A model generated the notes under the pieces. It was not told the origin of the DNA and ran no database searches. It worked only from the letters and a program-made list of their open reading frames with translations. A DNA stretch of 52,669 nt from assembly GCA_041599115.1 (NCBI GenBank), contig JBFHXF010000003.1:1-52669 (forward strand), given 5' to 3'. Each line of letters starts with the position of its first letter. The first letter of the stretch is position 1. The DNA is from Acidimicrobiia bacterium. GTDB taxonomy: Bacteria > Actinomycetota > Acidimicrobiia > Spongiisociales > ZC4RG35. A program made the position numbers and the translations under genes. This document shows positions 49,515-52,669 of the stretch, piece by piece.

Positions 49515-50090
49515 CTAGGCCAGGCCCGAGGTGACGAATCGATTCAGCTCCTCGATCAACTCGTTCCTGTCAATACCACCGTTGGGTCGATACCAGCCCT
49601 CAAACGCGTTGAGGGTGGAGAGAACCATGATCGAGGCCATATTGACGTCGAGATCCTTGCGAAAACGCCCTTCTTCCACCCCCTGGCCGAGCACCCTTCG
49701 GAAGGTGGCCTCATAGGCGTCACGGGCGGCGATCACCCGGGAACGATGATCCCCGTCGAGCATTCCGGCCTCGTTGAGGAACGTCCGTGCAACATCGAGA
49801 TTGTCCAGGACCACACCCACGTGACCGGCTATCAGAGCGTGAAGCCGTATCGCGGCGTCACCCGATGCCCTCATGGCCTCGTCCGCCGATTCCTGGAAGA
49901 GGGCTGCCCCCGATTCAACTACCTCAACCAACAAGTTCTGTTTGGAATCGACGTGCGAGTAGAGCGAGGATCCCAACACGCCGAGCTCCCGGCCGAGGTC
50001 TCTCATCGAGGTTCCGTGATATCCCTTCTGGGCGAAGAGACGCCCGGCCGCCGATATGACCTCGGCTCGTCGGTTGCGGGTGGCCACCAT
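49515..50090 (-). CDS. TetR family regulator (PaaR/KstR2-like)
   Basis: LFAQKGYHGTSMRDL..ELGV..SLYSH, WYRPNG; last gene of the paa operon. Confidence 0.88.
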   Translation of the reverse strand: MVATRNRRAEVISAAGRLFAQKGYHGTSMRDLGRELGVLGSSLYSHVDSKQNLLVEVVESGAALFQESADEAMRASGDAAIRLHALIAGHVGVVLDNLDVARTFLNEAGMLDGDHRSRVIAARDAYEATFRRVLGQGVEEGRFRKDLDVNMASIMVLSTLNAFEGWYRPNGGIDRNELIEELNRFVTSGLA

Positions 50091-51163
50091 CAGCGGTGGT
50101 CGTATCTGACGGTCACCCGATCGCTGACCGGATGTGATTGGCAGGTGAGCACATAGCCGGCCGCGACCTCGGACTCGATCAAGGCGTAGTTCTTGTCCAT
50201 GGTCACAGTGCCCTCCTCGATGCGTCCCTTGCAGGTGGCGCACATACCTCCTTTGCAGGAGAAGGGCAGCTCGGAGCGGACCCGGAGGGCGGCGTCGAGA
50301 ATCGATGTCTGCGGGGTCATGCGGGTCACCACAGCCCTCCCGTCGAGGATGACCGTCAGCTCGACAGTCCCTTCGCCCGGGAGGGGCTCAGGCGGCAGCG
50401 TCGAGAGGTCGACGGGGCCTGCGAAGAACAGTTCGGTGTGTATCTGGTCCTTGGTGACGCCCCGGTCGCGAAGCGTCTGCTGAGCCATCATGACCATGTC
50501 ATAGGGACCGCACAGGTACCACCCGGCGACTTCGGTGCCCAACATCAGGCGGTCGGCCACCGTGTGTATCTTCTGGGGGTCGATCCGCCCCGACAGCAAC
50601 GGAAGGTCGGAGCCTTCCCGGCTCAAGAAATGGAATAGCTGGAATCGATCCGGGTATCTGTCCTTCAACCCCTCCAACTCCTCGAGGAACATGATGCTAT
50701 TGGCGGTGCGGTTCCCGAATAGCAAGGTCCAGCTGGACGCAGCCTCCGACTCGAGGGTCGTTGAGATGAGTGACAACACCGGGGTGATCCCGGATCCGGC
50801 GGCAACGGCCACCCGGTGCGCCGTTGATGAAGATCGCGGCTCGATGACGAACTCCCCGACCGGTGGCATGACCTCGAGCATGTCTCCCGCACCCAACCTG
50901 GTGGTGGCGTAGGTCGAGAAGACCCCGCCGGGGAGGGCCTTGATTCCGACCCGGAGCTTTCCCGTGTTGGCATTGGCGCATATCGAGTAGGACCGGCGGA
51001 CATCCTCGCCGTCGATAGTGGCGCGGAGGGTCATATGTTGACCCGGCCTGTAACGAAAGGCTGATCGAAGTTCTTCGGGGGCATCGAAGGTGACTGTCAC
51101 CGAATCCGGAGTCAGCCGACTGACCTCGACCACTCGCAGCTGGTGAAAGGCGAGGTCGCCCAT
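50090..51163 (-). CDS. paaE: Phenylacetyl-CoA epoxidase reductase subunit
   Basis: RRSYSIC, AAGSGITP, YLCGP, ELF, C-terminal CKGGMCATC...C 2Fe-2S motif. Confidence 0.93.
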   Translation of the reverse strand: MGDLAFHQLRVVEVSRLTPDSVTVTFDAPEELRSAFRYRPGQHMTLRATIDGEDVRRSYSICANANTGKLRVGIKALPGGVFSTYATTRLGAGDMLEVMPPVGEFVIEPRSSSTAHRVAVAAGSGITPVLSLISTTLESEAASSWTLLFGNRTANSIMFLEELEGLKDRYPDRFQLFHFLSREGSDLPLLSGRIDPQKIHTVADRLMLGTEVAGWYLCGPYDMVMMAQQTLRDRGVTKDQIHTELFFAGPVDLSTLPPEPLPGEGTVELTVILDGRAVVTRMTPQTSILDAALRVRSELPFSCKGGMCATCKGRIEEGTVTMDKNYALIESEVAAGYVLTCQSHPVSDRVTVRYDHR

Positions 51164-51627
51164 CAGAAACGCTTGAAGTAGGCGAAGGGCTCGCCACACG
51201 ACGAGCACACCATGAAGGCCTTGCAAGCGGTGGATCCGAAAAGGCTCACCATCTTGGGATCGGTACCGCCGCAGCGGGGACATAGGACCTCCTCGGGCGC
51301 GGTGGGAGGGGCGATGCCGAAGGCAGCCAGTTTCTCCATGGCCTCGGCGTTGATCCAGTCGGTCGTCCAGGGAGGATTGTGCTGCACGCGGACCTCGACG
51401 TCATATCCCTCCCGGGTCACGCCGGCAACGATGTCGTCTTCTATCTGACGCAACGCCGGGCAACCCGAATAGGTCGGGGTGATGGTCGCGATCACCTTGT
51501 CGCCCTCGACCCCGACATCGCGGAGGATCCCGAGGTCTTCGATCGTCAGGACAGGTATCTCCGGGTCGACCAGCGCCCGGACAACCGACCTGACACGGTC
51601 GATATCGATCGCCACCCTGCTCACCAC
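51163..51627 (-). CDS. paaD: Phenylacetyl-CoA epoxidase subunit D
   Basis: DPEIPVL, TPTYSGCPA, WTTDW, CPRC, FGSTACKA, EPF.YFK. Start approximate. Confidence 0.92.
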   Translation of the reverse strand: MVSRVAIDIDRVRSVVRALVDPEIPVLTIEDLGILRDVGVEGDKVIATITPTYSGCPALRQIEDDIVAGVTREGYDVEVRVQHNPPWTTDWINAEAMEKLAAFGIAPPTAPEEVLCPRCGGTDPKMVSLFGSTACKAFMVCSSCGEPFAYFKRF

Positions 51628-52382
51628 TCCAACCCCGGATGGCTCCGCTGCAGCCATTGCATCTCGGCGAGGAGGAATCCGAGATGCTCGCTGTGAAAAC
51701 CGCTCCTTCCCCCAGTTCGCTGATAAGGGTCGTCGGGAATCCCGAGCCCGGCCTCATCGAGAACCTGACCGACAACCCCCTCCCAGGAAACCCGGTAGCG
51801 CTCATCGTTGTCCTCGAACATCTCGCCGGTGTACTTCCACAGTCGATCGACGGCATCCTGGGCACGTCGGTGTGACTCATCGGTCCCATCCCCGAGACGG
51901 AGCACCCAGCTCGAAGAGTGGCGGAGGTGGTAACCGGCCTCTTTTGCTGCGCGCCCGGCGATGCCGGCCAGGGTGTCGTCCGCCGATGTGAGCAGATCGG
52001 TCCACATCTCCTTCTGATAGGCGTCGAAGAAGAGCAGACGAACCATGGTGTTGGCAAAGTCCCCATTGGGTTGTTCGACCAACAGGAGATTCATGAACTC
52101 ACGCTCGCTCCGCAGCATCGCCAGATCGTCTTCGCCGCGTCCCGCACCCTCGACGGCGCCCGCGTAGGTGTACAGAGCTCGGGCGACACCGAGATGGTCG
52201 AGGGCGATGTTCCCCAGGGCGATGTCCTCCTCCAGTTCGGGGCCGTTCGAGATCCACTCGCCCATCCGCTGGGCGAGAACCATCGAGTCGTCGGCGCGGG
52301 AAAGAAGATATTTGAAGAAGTCGCCCGGATCGGGCAGAGAAGTGCCCTGAGGTGAACCGCTGGCAACGCCCTCGCTACTCAT
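51621..52382 (-). CDS. paaC: Phenylacetyl-CoA epoxidase subunit C
   Basis: LEEDIALGNIALD, KEAGYH, RLGDGT.ES, H.EHLG.LLAEMQ.LQR. Confidence 0.93.
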   Translation of the reverse strand: MSSEGVASGSPQGTSLPDPGDFFKYLLSRADDSMVLAQRMGEWISNGPELEEDIALGNIALDHLGVARALYTYAGAVEGAGRGEDDLAMLRSEREFMNLLLVEQPNGDFANTMVRLLFFDAYQKEMWTDLLTSADDTLAGIAGRAAKEAGYHLRHSSSWVLRLGDGTDESHRRAQDAVDRLWKYTGEMFEDNDERYRVSWEGVVGQVLDEAGLGIPDDPYQRTGGRSGFHSEHLGFLLAEMQWLQRSHPGLEW

Positions 52383-52501
52383 GACTCATGACCCAAAACT
52401 CAAAACTCACAACCCACAACTCACAACCCACAACCCACAACCCACAACCCACAACTCATAACTCATGACCCAAAACTCATGACCCAAAACTCAAAACTCA
52501 T
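52383..52501. repeat. Tandem array of 17 heptamer units (RACYCAH) filling the paaB-paaC intergenic gap
   Basis: Units gactcat, gacccaa, aactcaa, aactcac, aacccac and aactcat in exact 7-bp register. Confidence 0.95.
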
Positions 52502-52503
52502 AA

Positions 52504-52669
52504 CTACATCTGCCCAACTTCATCGGGGATGTCGTAGGTGGTCGCCAACCGGTACACCTTCTCGTTGGCCTCCACGAAGTCGACGGCGTCGTCGGGCTCG
52601 AATGAGTGGATCTCGGAGCTCCGCACGACCCAGACGCTGACACCTTCCCCCCTGCGGGTGTAGACATCC
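52504..52669 (-). CDS. paaB: Phenylacetyl-CoA epoxidase subunit B (3' part only)
   Basis: Hand translation DVYTRRGEGVSVWVVRSSEI...KVYR...IPDEVGQM*. Confidence 0.9.
   Translation of the reverse strand, partial: DVYTRRGEGVSVWVVRSSEIHSFEPDDAVDFVEANEKVYRLATTYDIPDEVGQM

Noticed and set aside
52383-52501. CRISPR or coding extension of paaC
   Set aside because: No spacers, and an in-frame TGA lies two codons upstream of the paaC ATG.

Overview
High-GC actinobacterial DNA, most likely Acidimicrobiia-like (inferred from gene content and synteny). The left arm is conserved housekeeping: partial GNAT/acyl-CoA-synthetase, tRNA-Leu(TAA), ppx, DUF501, ftsB, eno, mazG, PPIase, mfd, pgsA, glpK, pth, rplY, pgl, then deoC-ALDH-ALDH-P450. 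The right arm has metG, sodN with a divergent SodX-AlkA fusion, an amidase, korAB and paaB-C-D-E with a TetR. The standout is a ~13 kb locus at 25092-38118 encoding a bacterial microcompartment (BMC) of a type I do not recognise. Its shell is minimal (one BMC-H, one BMC-P, one BMC-Tdp). Three enzymes carry encapsulation-peptide-like helices: an opine (octopine/nopaline) dehydrogenase, an acylating aldehyde dehydrogenase and a malate dehydrogenase. They share an operon with an N-methylglutamate-synthase-like glxBCD/mgsABC trio, a GlnA4-like gamma-glutamyl ligase, an APC permease and a DUF3156-like gene. A divergent GntR with two matching palindromic operators sits upstream. Inference: an amine-catabolic metabolosome in which the opine dehydrogenase is the aldehyde-generating signature enzyme. 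All family calls come from motif recognition; no database searches were run.
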